From assembly GCA_963742415.1 (NCBI GenBank), contig CAVULX010000002.1:192001-256000 (forward strand): 64,000 nt of DNA. The letters run 5' to 3'. This document shows positions 1 to 10,900 of this stretch, one piece after another (within the stretch, counting starts at the first letter, position 1; every line of letters starts with the position of its first letter). The DNA is from an uncultured Parachlamydiaceae bacterium (GTDB lineage: Bacteria; Chlamydiota; Chlamydiia; Chlamydiales; Parachlamydiaceae). The position numbers and the translations under genes are program-made. Below the pieces are notes generated by a model. It worked only from the letters and a program-made list of their open reading frames with translations, had not been told where the DNA came from and did not search any database.

Positions 1-637
1 CCCGCTGCGCATGATTGTAAGGCTTGGTAACTAATCTCTGACTAAATTTGGTTTGAGGTACAACTAAAATTTTGGGGCTTTGCATATGGAGTTGAATGAG
101 ATCCCCTTTGACGGCAACTAAATATTTTTGTCTGGCGCTTTCAATCCATGGAGCAATAATCTCATTTTCCAAATGAAGTTCCTTTTGAAGCTGATCTTTC
201 GTCATCGTGCCGTTGTTTTTAGACAATGCGTTGAGGATCTTGAAATCGGTTCGAACAGCTCCTCCCCGAATAGCATCTTCAAACCCGTGGGTGGTCTCCC
301 AAGTGTCTGTATTAATGACCATTTCACCATCTACCAAGCTCCACAAAATCACCCCTTCACGCGTTTTTTTTTCGGGCGTCAAATATTTTACCTCTAAAAG
401 AAGATAGGGATGGAATTTGAACTCAGGATCATTAAATGAGCGCTTGTCATCAACAAGAAGCTCTTGACGATGCTTTTCCATGATTTGCTGCGGGGTATAT
501 TTAGCTTCGAGAGTAAGAAATTCCCCATTGTCAACATATTCTGCAATGAAATTGCGGAATTGCGTATTATAATTCCAAACATACCAACCGCCTAAGATGA
601 GAACGGCTGCAACTAAAAACGTCGTGATGACACGCAT
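1..637 (-). CDS. Hypothetical protein with N-terminal membrane anchor (runs off window start; absent from ORF track)
   Basis: Manual translation from ATG at 637: MRVITTFLVAAVLILGGWYVWNYNTQFRNFIAEYVDNGEFLTLEAKYTP...EGVILWSLVDGEMVINTDTWETTHGFED..., open to the window edge. Confidence 0.85.
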   Translation of the reverse strand, partial: MRVITTFLVAAVLILGGWYVWNYNTQFRNFIAEYVDNGEFLTLEAKYTPQQIMEKHRQELLVDDKRSFNDPEFKFHPYLLLEVKYLTPEKKTREGVILWSLVDGEMVINTDTWETTHGFEDAIRGGAVRTDFKILNALSKNNGTMTKDQLQKELHLENEIIAPWIESARQKYLVAVKGDLIQLHMQSPKILVVPQTKFSQRLVTKPYNHAQR

Positions 638-830
638 ATATGCCTCTGAATCTGTTTTGAAAAAAAACTCACTTTTAATGGGTATAATCACGATACCGAT
701 TGCTGTCAAGGATAGAAATCGTTCGTAATTCCATTGATTTAAAAGCTAAGATCTTATATACAAAATGGATTTAAAAATTGAATTTACTTGTATTGAGTAT
801 TGTTTTCACCCTCACAATTGGAGATCTTAG

Positions 831-1769
831 ATGACAAAGCGATGGATTAAATGCTTGGTATGTGTATGCGTGTTGTTGTGCAGTATAGCAGGAACTTTCC
901 CTCTCTCAGCTTCCCCTTTGGATTTTTTTAAAAAAAAGAAGGAGAAAAAAAAGGACAAAAATGAATTCAAATATAACTTATCCCTTTGCGCCATTTTTCG
1001 AAACGAAGCGCCTTACCTTAAGGAATGGATAGAATTTCATCGACTTGTAGGTGTTGAGCATTTTTATTTATATAATAACTTAAGCACAGATAACTACCAA
1101 GAGGTGCTTGCCTATTATATTAAGAAAGGAATTGTCGATCTTGTCGACGTTCCCCAAGAACATAGCAACATAGGAGAATGGGCGACGATTCAATGTTCGA
1201 CTTACGATAAAGCCATTAAAAAAGCCCGTCATAAAACAAAATGGATGGCAGTGCTTGACACAGACGAGTTTTTGTTTCCTGTACAACATGACAGCCTCGT
1301 TGAGTTTCTCAAAGAATATGAGTCTTATCCAGCCGTTTGCGTCAACTGGCAAATGTATGGAACTTCGCATGTAGACATAATTCCTCAAGGCAGGCTCCTC
1401 ACTGAAACTTTAACCTGGAAAGCACCTACAGAATTTGGGGATAATTATCACGTCAAAACAATATTAAAACCGAAATATGTCAAAGCCACATTAAGCCCCC
1501 ATCATTTTGAATACGAACACAAGGTCCTTCCGGTCAATACAAGCAAGATCACTTTTTCAGGACCTTTAACGCCCCAAGTTCTGGTGGATAAAGCACGCAT
1601 CAACCATTATTGGACTCGGGATGAATTCTTTTTATACAACACGAAAATTAAGAGACGTGAATCCTTCAATGAAAAAGACCAAGGGGTGTTAAACCGCGCG
1701 CGGCAGCTCAATGCAGTTGAAGATCGAGCCATCTTTCGCTTTATCCCAAAACTGAAAAAGCGGATGTAA
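831..1769 (+). CDS. Glycosyltransferase family 92/GT-A fold protein with signal peptide
   Basis: LSLCAIFRNEAPYLKEWIEFH..GVEHFYLYNN, DxD motif (LDTDEF), INHYW; hydrophobic N-terminus. Confidence 0.85.
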   Translation: MTKRWIKCLVCVCVLLCSIAGTFPLSASPLDFFKKKKEKKKDKNEFKYNLSLCAIFRNEAPYLKEWIEFHRLVGVEHFYLYNNLSTDNYQEVLAYYIKKGIVDLVDVPQEHSNIGEWATIQCSTYDKAIKKARHKTKWMAVLDTDEFLFPVQHDSLVEFLKEYESYPAVCVNWQMYGTSHVDIIPQGRLLTETLTWKAPTEFGDNYHVKTILKPKYVKATLSPHHFEYEHKVLPVNTSKITFSGPLTPQVLVDKARINHYWTRDEFFLYNTKIKRRESFNEKDQGVLNRARQLNAVEDRAIFRFIPKLKKRM

Positions 1770-1783
1770 AAAGTCCAGCTATA

Positions 1784-2149
1784 CTATGAAGAAGGATGTT
1801 TGCAAATATAGGCACACTTATTTGTCACATTTTGAGGATGCAAAGTTATCTTGATAAATAGTGTGAGTCCAGATCCAAATAATATCATCCCATTGGCGAG
1901 TAACAATCGCTTAGTGTTGCTCCATTTTCTTGAACGGGGCTCCCCATTCAGCACCTTCTCCTCATCCGTCTTCCGAGATAGTTTTTGGATAACATAGTCG
2001 GTGATTAAAAAAACAGTTTCTCCCAATCCTACGGCTATGCTCACTGAACTCAAAACGACTGCAGGAATCTCTATAGGGGAACTTGTTTCTTTAAAAATAT
2101 CATAGCAATTGGCGACACAAGAAGCAAAATTACTTCCAGTCGGATCCAT
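1784..2149 (-). CDS. Small membrane protein, two hydrophobic segments
   Basis: 121-aa ORF with AGGAG RBS; two TM-like stretches; CxxxC near both termini. Confidence 0.65.
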   Translation of the reverse strand: MDPTGSNFASCVANCYDIFKETSSPIEIPAVVLSSVSIAVGLGETVFLITDYVIQKLSRKTDEEKVLNGEPRSRKWSNTKRLLLANGMILFGSGLTLFIKITLHPQNVTNKCAYICKHPSS

Positions 2150-2273
2150 ATATTTCTCCTTGAAAGTTAAATAGATTTCTCGCGTAATTACAATTTTTCT
2201 ATATACTATTTTTTTAAAAAAAACGAAATGGTGTGGAACAATATTCAGAGTTACAATAAGTGAGGTCTAATGA

Positions 2274-2517
2274 TTAACGCAGAGGCGGAGAGTCGGAGAG
2301 GCGCAGAGATCAAGAACAGGATAAGCAGGATCGCAAGCGGCAGGATAGGCAGGATATTAAAAACTTTTTTTTTATATTCTTTAACATACGTGCAGATTAA
2401 GTCTCGTCTAGTTCATAATAAAAAATATTTTTAATATCCTGCCTATCCTGCCGCTTGCGATCCTGCTTATCCTGTTCTTGATCTCTGCGTCTCCCCGGCT
2501 CCCCGCCGCTGCGTTAA
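2274..2517. repeat. Long palindromic element (CAGGATAAG family), 90-bp arms, 64-bp AT-rich spacer
   Basis: 2274-2363 is the reverse complement of 2428-2517, with 5 mismatches by manual alignment. Confidence 0.95.
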
Positions 2518-2535
2518 ATTCGTTTAAAGATAGAC

Positions 2536-4401
2536 TTACGATTCAGCCAGGGGATCACTCTCAGGCTTTACGAGGGCTAATCGCTGGAAGATACCTGACA
2601 AGCGAAGAGAGCACTTTTTCAAGGTTTTTTCTAGGATCTCTTTGTGGCTCCAGATCTCCAATTTTTTTTTCGCGCGGGTGACAGCGGTATAGAGAACCTC
2701 TCGGCCAAAATAATCAGCACCTTCAGGCAACAAAAACAAGACATGATCGAATTCGCTCCCCTGGCTCTTATGCACAGAAAGGCAATAAGCGTAGTCAAAA
2801 GGGGGCAAAAGAACGGCAGGAATCTTTCGAAATCCTCCGTTTCCATCGGAAAAAAGGGCATAGTCCCCTTGTTGAAAAGGGATAGACAATGCTTGCTTGT
2901 CCCTCTTTTGCGTCATCAATATGCCTGTCTCTCCATTGAAAAGTTCGAACTGCGAGTCATTTTTCTTAATGGTAATCGGGGCTGCAAAATAGGAGCCGGA
3001 TCGATTTTTTTTCTCAAAGTAGTTTTTAAAAAGGTCATTTAAAAAATCGACACCAAAAGGCCCCTGTCTTAATGGAGTCAATATGCGGAATTGATAAAAA
3101 GCTTCGAACATAGTCTCGGGAGCTTCCGCATCGAACGGCTTATCCATGAACTCCTTGGCATGCCGAAGCAAGGCTCGATGGAACTCCTTTGTCGATGTGA
3201 AGCCCTCCCGAATATCTTGAAAAGAAATAGATGCCTTGAAAAAAGGATAGATCTCACTCGCCTTTCCCCGTTGGATTGTGCTTGCAAATTCAGCGATCTC
3301 TTTTAATTCAGCCCTTAAACATTGCTTGAGCTCAATAGGATGGTAAGCTGGATCCTTCCCCCCTTTTAAAACCTGGACGATATCCTTAAAAACGGCTCCA
3401 CTCTCTACTGGAGGAAGCTGCGCAGGATCCCCTAATAAAATTAAGCGGGCTCCCGGTTTAATGGCTTTTAGAAGGGCCGTCATAAGCTCCAGATCAATCA
3501 TGGAACATTCATCCACTATGATCAAATCTTCGGTCAAAATGGGCGGGGCGAAATGCCGCCTAGATGAGCGGATCCCAAGTAAAGCGTGCAATGTTTTGGC
3601 TTTGACTTGCTTTAATCTGGGGATATCCCCAATCGTTTTCACGAGGCTTTGTTGCAAATTGGCTGCTGCTTTTCCTGTAGGAGCAGCCAAAGCGATTTCA
3701 AATTTGTCTTTTTGATCGTTTGACAAACAGCTCCACAAGATTTTGACTAACTTTCCCGCCGTATAAGTCTTCCCTGTTCCTGGACCTCCGCAAATGATCG
3801 TCAAAGGGTATTTACAAGCGCTCAACACCGCTTGAGCCTGTTCCTTTAACAGCTCTCCCCTGTCTGCAAGCTCCTTAAGGCGTTCTTCAACAAAATGGGG
3901 ATCAAGATCTAACACCGCCTTCTGCTGAATCACTTCATGAAATCGCTCGATCAGTTCCGTCTCTTTAAGCCAGAACCGTTGGAAATAATACCGGTGATTT
4001 TGACGGCAAAGGGGCTTGGCTGAAATAGGGACCTGATCGGCAACATCTTGGAATAACGCAGAAGGCAGCTGATGAACCCCTTGACAAACTGCTTGAGACC
4101 ATTGTTGAGCTTGTTTTTTCCAAATTTCCTCTTGCTCTTGAGTTTTGTTTTCTTGAGTGCACCACACTTCTTCAGGAGTCGGCTGAACACTATCTCCGTT
4201 TACCTCAATACACAAATGTCCCGTTCGGATAGCCGAGGAGAGATGGCAGAAAAAGCAAACCAACTCTTCTGTGGGTTGTGCAACCTCTTCCAGCAGCTTA
4301 GCAGCGATCGCCAAATCGATCGGCTCGATTGTTTTTGAAGTCACAAGTTCGTGCATAAGCGGCCATTTTTCGATGAGTGCATAGAAATGTGTCAATTGCA
4401 T
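2536..4401 (-). CDS. recD: Exodeoxyribonuclease V alpha subunit
   Basis: GGPGTGKT, AAPTGKAA, IVDECSMID, LLGDPAQLPPV, SVHKSQGSEF, LYTAVTRAK; follows recB. Confidence 0.97.
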   Translation of the reverse strand: MQLTHFYALIEKWPLMHELVTSKTIEPIDLAIAAKLLEEVAQPTEELVCFFCHLSSAIRTGHLCIEVNGDSVQPTPEEVWCTQENKTQEQEEIWKKQAQQWSQAVCQGVHQLPSALFQDVADQVPISAKPLCRQNHRYYFQRFWLKETELIERFHEVIQQKAVLDLDPHFVEERLKELADRGELLKEQAQAVLSACKYPLTIICGGPGTGKTYTAGKLVKILWSCLSNDQKDKFEIALAAPTGKAAANLQQSLVKTIGDIPRLKQVKAKTLHALLGIRSSRRHFAPPILTEDLIIVDECSMIDLELMTALLKAIKPGARLILLGDPAQLPPVESGAVFKDIVQVLKGGKDPAYHPIELKQCLRAELKEIAEFASTIQRGKASEIYPFFKASISFQDIREGFTSTKEFHRALLRHAKEFMDKPFDAEAPETMFEAFYQFRILTPLRQGPFGVDFLNDLFKNYFEKKNRSGSYFAAPITIKKNDSQFELFNGETGILMTQKRDKQALSIPFQQGDYALFSDGNGGFRKIPAVLLPPFDYAYCLSVHKSQGSEFDHVLFLLPEGADYFGREVLYTAVTRAKKKLEIWSHKEILEKTLKKCSLRLSGIFQRLALVKPESDPLAES

Positions 4402-7400
4402 AAGATCTCCTCATGGCTCGGAAAAAAATGGTAAATCCCTTCATTGTCATCTGAATGGGGATCCAACCCCCTCAAAAACAGATAAAAGACCCCTCCAAAT
4501 ATCTCGTTAAAAGCCCTGGGATCCACAGCATGCAAATAACGCTTTAGAGCTTCTGTGTAGATCGCGGCTTGCAAATGATAATTATGCTCCCCCATCGCTA
4601 ACTTAAGGGCTTTTAAATTATAGTCCTGTTTGTCAGGGCCTAACCAATTGCTTTTCCAATCCAATAGGTAATATTTCCCTTCATGCTGACAAATCAGATC
4701 GATAACCCCTTTTAAAAAACCGGAAACAGGCTTCATTTCGGGAACGGCCATACCGTTGCCTTCCCAAGGATACAAAAACTCACTCTCTTTATACATCTTA
4801 CTCCCATCTAAGCAGGCTAAAGAGGTTTTTTTACCTTGAAAAGGCAAGGGGGTATGCAAAGCATTGAATATGACCTTGGAGATCACTTCTTGCCACTCTT
4901 CAAAAGGAGTATTGGCGACATAAGGATAAATGAACGACTTTAAATTAGACATAAACTCGGGATGGGATCCTTGATGAAAAGGAAGATCCTCTAAAATTTT
5001 GTGCAATAGAGTTCCAATTTCATTGCCTGCAGGCAGCGAATGAGGGGATTTGAGCTGCGTGGAAAAATCCTGGGGAGGTGACTTGTCTGTTTCAAAATTC
5101 TCCCTCTTGTCCGTTTGAGAGAGCGAGGTGAAAGAATACAGAAATTGCTTGTTCTCCTGGATATGCACTTGCCTTGGGGGTATTAATGCCAGTGCTTCTG
5201 GCTTTTTAAGCACTGAAAGTTCTAAATTCTCCCGATCTAAATAACAGTGCGAAATTTTACATTCCTTTCCATGAAGGGCTACCCATTCAATCAACCGTTG
5301 TCCATCTTCTTTGGAAATCCGTTGATAAAGTTCGGAGCTATCTGAAGCAGGTGGATACCCAAAACGGGCGCAAAACAGCTCCATGGAAGATCCATCCCCT
5401 GGCTTCGTTTGTTTATTAGCTCCGAAAAGCGCAGGTACATAGAGACGCTGCTTGGCTCGGGTCGTGGCGACATACAATTGACGCATTTTTTCGGCATCAA
5501 GTTCTTCACAATGTTTAAGGTAAAGGGGATCGTTCTCGTCGGCAACCTGGAGCTTATGACAGCCTGAAGCATCAACATGAGGATAGAAAGATTCATTTTG
5601 CTCCTTTCCTACGACAAGCCCAAGGGCAAAAACGATCTCGTACTCTAACCCCTTGCTGTTATGGATTGTCAAAATCTGCACCGCATCTTGATCGGGGTCG
5701 ATCCTCCGTTTTACCCCTTTTTCCGCTTCGGGGCTACCGTTGATTTCCTCCAGGGTTATAAATAACGAATCAAAAGAAGGGGATTTCCTGATCCCCTCTT
5801 CTGCAAGCCGTTCTGTCAATAAAAGAAGGTCTTGGTATAGCTCATATCCCCCTTCCCTTCGCAGCATTTTTTCCGAAACAGTTTCATCCTGTTTTTTTAA
5901 ATCAAGCCGCATAAGTTGTTGAAAAAGCCCCCCCATCCCATCTTGCATCAAGATTTCACGCAATTCGTAAAAGGCGATCATCACACGTTCAAGTTCGTTC
6001 AGATCTTCCAAAGCCTTGATCTCCTCGTGCGTCCATCCCAAAACAGGTCCCCCCAAAGCTATTTTCAGACTGTTAACATGGCGAGGGGCTTTAATGGCTT
6101 GAAGCAATTCCCGCAATGCTGAAATAGCTGGAGCCTCTTCTAACGTAGTGTTCCGTTGATTAGATGCGGGAATTTGCCATTTTTTCAAAAAGAGGTTCAG
6201 CCTTTCGGCTTGAAAACGGTCCTTGACAAGGATGGCAAATTGTTTGAATGCTACCCCCTCTTGATGATTCAACCGCTGAATTTCTTTGACGATAAAAGGG
6301 AACAAAAAATTACTTTCGGCATCTTTTAGAGATTTTTTTTCTTGGGAAGCAAGATCTAACGTGAAAAAATGGACACAACCCCGCTCATCGTGGAAATCTT
6401 TAGCTGTCACTTTTTCCCCTCCCCGCACAGGATGATACTCCAGCGTCAATGAAAGGCGCGGGAGGTGGATCATGTCAGGAGTCTGCCTAGAGTCGAAAAG
6501 AGCATTGAGCGCGTGAACAAGATGGGGATGGGAACGGTAATTGGTATTTAAGGAAGCCTTGCAGTTTTCCCCTAAAGCATTGGCAGCGGATAAATAGGTA
6601 TAAATATCAGCCCGACGGAAAGCATAAATAGACTGCTTTGGATCACCTACAAGGAACAGTCGATGGCTCGGGCTCTCCCCCTCAAGAAATAAGGCTTGAA
6701 AGATCTCCCACTGCATCGGGTCGGTATCTTGAAACTCATCGATAATGGCGGCTTGATAGCGGGATCTTATTTGATGCACAAAAGGGGGGTGTTTTGTCCC
6801 TTTATGCATCACTTTCAAGATCTGATCATAGTCGAACAATTCCTCAGCTTCAAGATAATGGCAAACATGCTTTTGACAAGCAAAAGCCAACCTTGCAAAA
6901 ATCATTTTAGGATTGCTCGCTTGCAAAACTGCAGGAGCTAGATGCGCCTGTACCCTTGAGAATAATTGGGGGGCATGCAAAGGGGGTGTAATTTTCCCTT
7001 TCTTGATTTTATCTAAAGGGGGCCACTTTTGTTGGAACAGCTCAAAATCCCCTTTTAAGAGGGATTCAAAATCATTTTCATCCCACGATCCACAATCAAA
7101 AAGGGAGGTAAAACGTTGAATGGCCATCCTATCGCTTAAGGCACTTTTTTTCCCCCGCCCATCGGTGACATCCATGAGGGCGTCGTAATCCTCCAAAATC
7201 CTGTCGGATGAACATCCTATCTCCTTCTTTAACTTCTGCATCCCTTTTTGAAAGGCGGCAAACTGTTCTTTATAGGAAGGAGTTTCCTGAATCTCACTCC
7301 CTTTTGCAACAGTTTTGGCTAGATCTTGGATCAAATCGTCAAAATTTTGACGATATTCTTTTAATAAAATTTTAAGTTGTTGTTTGCTGCAGATCTCAAA

Positions 7401-7916
7401 CTTGAGTTCAGTGCGTAAGAAATCGTGCACCGCTTGCAACAACTTAGCCCCTGAGATCCCTTTCTCGCCAGTTTGATGAGTAAAACTGAAATCGCCTTCA
7501 AAGACAAATTCATTCAAAATCCGATTGCAAAAGCTGTGGATGGTAAAAATTTGAGCTTGATCAAAACAAAACAAGGCTTGCTCTAGCAGCTTGATGGCCC
7601 TCTCTTTTGCTTCAAAACCGTGCTCCAGGATGTGGAGAAGATAGTCGTGGGAAGTGGAATTCTCGGTCAGCAAACAATCGATCGATTTGACGATATGGTT
7701 GCGAATCCTCATCTTCAGGTCCCGCGTAGCCGCTCGTGTAAAAGTCACAACGAGAATCTGTTCAAGAAGCAGGGGCTCTGAAGCAATTAAAAGACGGACA
7801 AAGATATTTTCAATCGAATATGTTTTGCCTGTACCTGCCGAAGCTTCTAATAAATAGTTCTGATTTAAATTTAGGGATCTATCTGAAACGTCGAACCCTT
7901 TTTCTTTAGGCATCAT
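4392..7916 (-). CDS. recB: Exodeoxyribonuclease V beta subunit
   Basis: EASAGTGKT, TFTRAAT, IDEFQDTD, GDPKQSIYAFR, C-terminal GVIDL..LDWKSN nuclease; start placed at the ATG overlapping the recC stop. Confidence 0.97.
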   Translation of the reverse strand: MMPKEKGFDVSDRSLNLNQNYLLEASAGTGKTYSIENIFVRLLIASEPLLLEQILVVTFTRAATRDLKMRIRNHIVKSIDCLLTENSTSHDYLLHILEHGFEAKERAIKLLEQALFCFDQAQIFTIHSFCNRILNEFVFEGDFSFTHQTGEKGISGAKLLQAVHDFLRTELKFEICSKQQLKILLKEYRQNFDDLIQDLAKTVAKGSEIQETPSYKEQFAAFQKGMQKLKKEIGCSSDRILEDYDALMDVTDGRGKKSALSDRMAIQRFTSLFDCGSWDENDFESLLKGDFELFQQKWPPLDKIKKGKITPPLHAPQLFSRVQAHLAPAVLQASNPKMIFARLAFACQKHVCHYLEAEELFDYDQILKVMHKGTKHPPFVHQIRSRYQAAIIDEFQDTDPMQWEIFQALFLEGESPSHRLFLVGDPKQSIYAFRRADIYTYLSAANALGENCKASLNTNYRSHPHLVHALNALFDSRQTPDMIHLPRLSLTLEYHPVRGGEKVTAKDFHDERGCVHFFTLDLASQEKKSLKDAESNFLFPFIVKEIQRLNHQEGVAFKQFAILVKDRFQAERLNLFLKKWQIPASNQRNTTLEEAPAISALRELLQAIKAPRHVNSLKIALGGPVLGWTHEEIKALEDLNELERVMIAFYELREILMQDGMGGLFQQLMRLDLKKQDETVSEKMLRREGGYELYQDLLLLTERLAEEGIRKSPSFDSLFITLEEINGSPEAEKGVKRRIDPDQDAVQILTIHNSKGLEYEIVFALGLVVGKEQNESFYPHVDASGCHKLQVADENDPLYLKHCEELDAEKMRQLYVATTRAKQRLYVPALFGANKQTKPGDGSSMELFCARFGYPPASDSSELYQRISKEDGQRLIEWVALHGKECKISHCYLDRENLELSVLKKPEALALIPPRQVHIQENKQFLYSFTSLSQTDKRENFETDKSPPQDFSTQLKSPHSLPAGNEIGTLLHKILEDLPFHQGSHPEFMSNLKSFIYPYVANTPFEEWQEVISKVIFNALHTPLPFQGKKTSLACLDGSKMYKESEFLYPWEGNGMAVPEMKPVSGFLKGVIDLICQHEGKYYLLDWKSNWLGPDKQDYNLKALKLAMGEHNYHLQAAIYTEALKRYLHAVDPRAFNEIFGGVFYLFLRGLDPHSDDNEGIYHFFPSHEEILCN

Positions 7917-10900
7917 TTTTCTTCCTCTTCTTAGGCGTCCAACAGGCAAAAGCGTCCGAAAACAATTCTTCCGCAAAAGGCTTCCACTGATCGATCATCG
8001 GCTCGGCATGGGGAAATCCCCCTCCACGCAACAACCAATGCAAGTATTCATTATAAATTTTCGAAAATGGATTGTTTATTGTCGAAGCCAATTTCTCTTG
8101 GACTTTGCTAGGATCTTCGGTTAGAAAATGGGAAACCCATTCAGGAATCAAAGGGGAAGCGTTTTCTAATCCTGAAAGGTAATAGGCTATATATTTCGCT
8201 AACTCTTTTTCAGGGTCTTCAGTAAAGGGGTCCCCCACCTTCCCATCTTTGGCGAAAATAAGTTGAGGCTTGAAAGGGAGAGAATATAATCGAATTAAAC
8301 TTTGAAATGCCAGGAAATGGGGCACCACCTTCACAATGTCTTCTGCTTTCCCTTTTCGATGAAGAACCAATCCTTGCTCGGAAACTTCCGAAAAGTTTCC
8401 GACGAGAAGAATATCCCCATAATCTTGATGTCGAAGATTCAGTGGGGGGAGTTGCCATTTTCCTGTATGATCTCTTCGTGGAACAGAAAATAGCTCCGAA
8501 AATTCAACTTCAAATAATTCTTTAGGATCTGCCCCCGCCTTGTTTAAGTTGTCTTGAAGGTCTTGGATATCTTCTTGAAGGCGATCAATGGCGAGGTCGC
8601 GCAATATTCCAAAAGGGATCTGCCCCAACTTACATGAACGCTCCAAGGCAGTATGAAATGAGTTTTTCAATGCGCTTTTCCGTATTTTGTCTTGATCCAG
8701 CAAAGAAAGCTGAAACCGTTCAGCAACCTCCATCTCTTTTTGGTTTTCATTTTCTAAATAAATTCCAAGCGACCGATTAAAATAGGCTTTTAAGGGGTTG
8801 CCTGCGAATGAAGAAAGCTCCCTTATGTCAATTCGAATTTTTTCAATTTTTCCCTTTGCCTGTTGCCAAACAAAAGCCGGCATAAAGGAAAAGGGTGTTT
8901 TTTTCTGCTGATGGTAAAAGGCCAAGGCATTGTTATATTGGGTCCACGAATAGCTTGGACAAGAGGTGTGGGCTGCGAAATAAATTTGATCAAATGGATT
9001 ATAAGGATGCCTGGTCGTGCACAAGGTCGAACATGCCCCTCCAGAAATTTCATAGGCACTATCCATGTAATGCATCAACTCTGAAATCAATAAAGACGGC
9101 GGCTGTTCCTTATGGTCCTCTTCGGAAAGGTTGACATAGCTCATCAAAAAATAACGGCGTGCCGAAAGCAATGTTTCTAAAAACAAATAACGGTCGAAGT
9201 CTTGCTGAGAAGGACAATAATCGGCTTGTTCTTGGCCTCCCATTAAATCCAACGATGAACGGATCTGCTGCCTGGGAAATGCACCTTCTTGCATCCCCAT
9301 CAATACGATGATTTTGGCCGGAATCGTGCGCATGGGTAATAAGGAACAAAAACGGATAGCCGACAAATGGGATTCATGGTAGGTCGATCCCTTATCAGAA
9401 AGGAAAGACTCAATGTGCCAAAAGATGGTTTCAAATTTAAAGAGCGCCTGCGGCAAACGGCTATTGGCCGCTCGCAAAGCATCGAAGAAATCGTAGAGTT
9501 TTTGCGCTCCTTCACGATCCCCCTCCTCAAAAGCGAAATTGCTTTCTAACAAATGCTGCAACTTGGCTGCCCATTCGCCTAAAGATAAGGAACTATTGTC
9601 CGTCAAACATTTGAGCTCTTGTTCGAGGGTTTCCAAAAGCACAACCACTTTCCCCAAAAACTCCCCCTGGGCAAAATCGATCTCTTCGTAAGGGGGAATC
9701 GGCAAGTGCTCCGTCGATTCTCCAGCTTGAATTAACCCCCCTATCAATCTCCTTAAACCATAGTCCCAAGTTCCTACAGACGATTCATCAAGGATTGCAT
9801 TCCGGCAATGCTCACGTCTTAAAATCTCATTGCGGTGTACTACCGTGCGACCCCAGGTGATACGGCACTCCTTAATCCACGTTTCCAGATGATGAATTTC
9901 TTCACCTTTAATTTGATGCTTCTTTTGAAACGAGGGATGGCGAAACAGGGTAAATACCGAAACAGCATCCCAGCGGCTAGAGGGTAAAGAAAGAAGGTGC
10001 AGAAAACCTTGAACAACCCGATTTTGAGAGGCTAGGCACAAATCCATGATCTGGACGTTGCACAAGCTTTCGGCATCCTGAAACACCATTTTAATAAAAG
10101 GTTCGTAATCTCCGATATCAGGGGCCATCACCACAATGTCACGCGGACCAATCGGATCTTCCTGATTGTCTGAATGACGATCGAGAATTCCAAGCAGAAC
10201 ATCATAGATGGCCTGCACTTCCCTCAACTTGCTAGGCGCAGAGTGAAGTTGCACCGAGCCGTCATAGTGGCTGAATTGGGGTTTGATTGTCTTAACCGGA
10301 TTTCGTAAAAGCTGCATATCGGCTTGAAGAGCTTCTAGAAGTGTTAAAGGGCCTTCGTCACTGGCGAAATGGGTCTCCGGTTGAAGAAACGGGGCATATG
10401 CCGGATGATCCGCGATAGAATTGTGAAGGGTGTACATTTCTTCCAGATTTTCCACAGATTCTTCAATTTTAAGGGTTCTTTCTCTTCCCAATTTGCCAAA
10501 GTTAGCCAGAAGAGGATTGCAATCTCTCAAATAACTTTCCAGGTCCATCCGTTGGGAACCAGAAACCCCCTTCTTTTCGAAGGTGCGTAAAAGCCATGTC
10601 ATTTCCCTCTGCGACCGAATATCGCTCCAAAACTGTTGGCAGGGGGAAAGAAGGTAGTGTTTAATAGGGATCTGAGGGTCGCATTCTTTGAAAAAATCAA
10701 AGTAAATTGTTGGCAAGAAACTGACTGAAAATAAGTGCACCACGAGATCCGGTGATGAAGAACGGGGATAAAACGGTTTTTTTAGTTCACGGTAAAGATA
10801 AGTCCAAGGTGCATCCGGATGAAAGAGCTGACTCCAAAGCTGCTGCTGCCAATGGGTTGTGGAGGAGGCCTCCCAACCCTGCAGCCACCTCCCCCCATAT

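Noticed and set aside
128-582. Short ORFs 128..397, 207..407, 394..582
   Set aside because: Shadows of the real minus-strand gene starting at 637
920-960. Phase-variable homopolymer tract in the glycosyltransferase
   Set aside because: Encodes an in-frame Lys-rich linker; A/T runs are common throughout this sequence
2274-2517. CRISPR array suggested by the periodic repeats and a Cas4-like gene
   Set aside because: These are inverted arms with short internal periodicity and no repeat-spacer structure; no cas1/cas2 in the window
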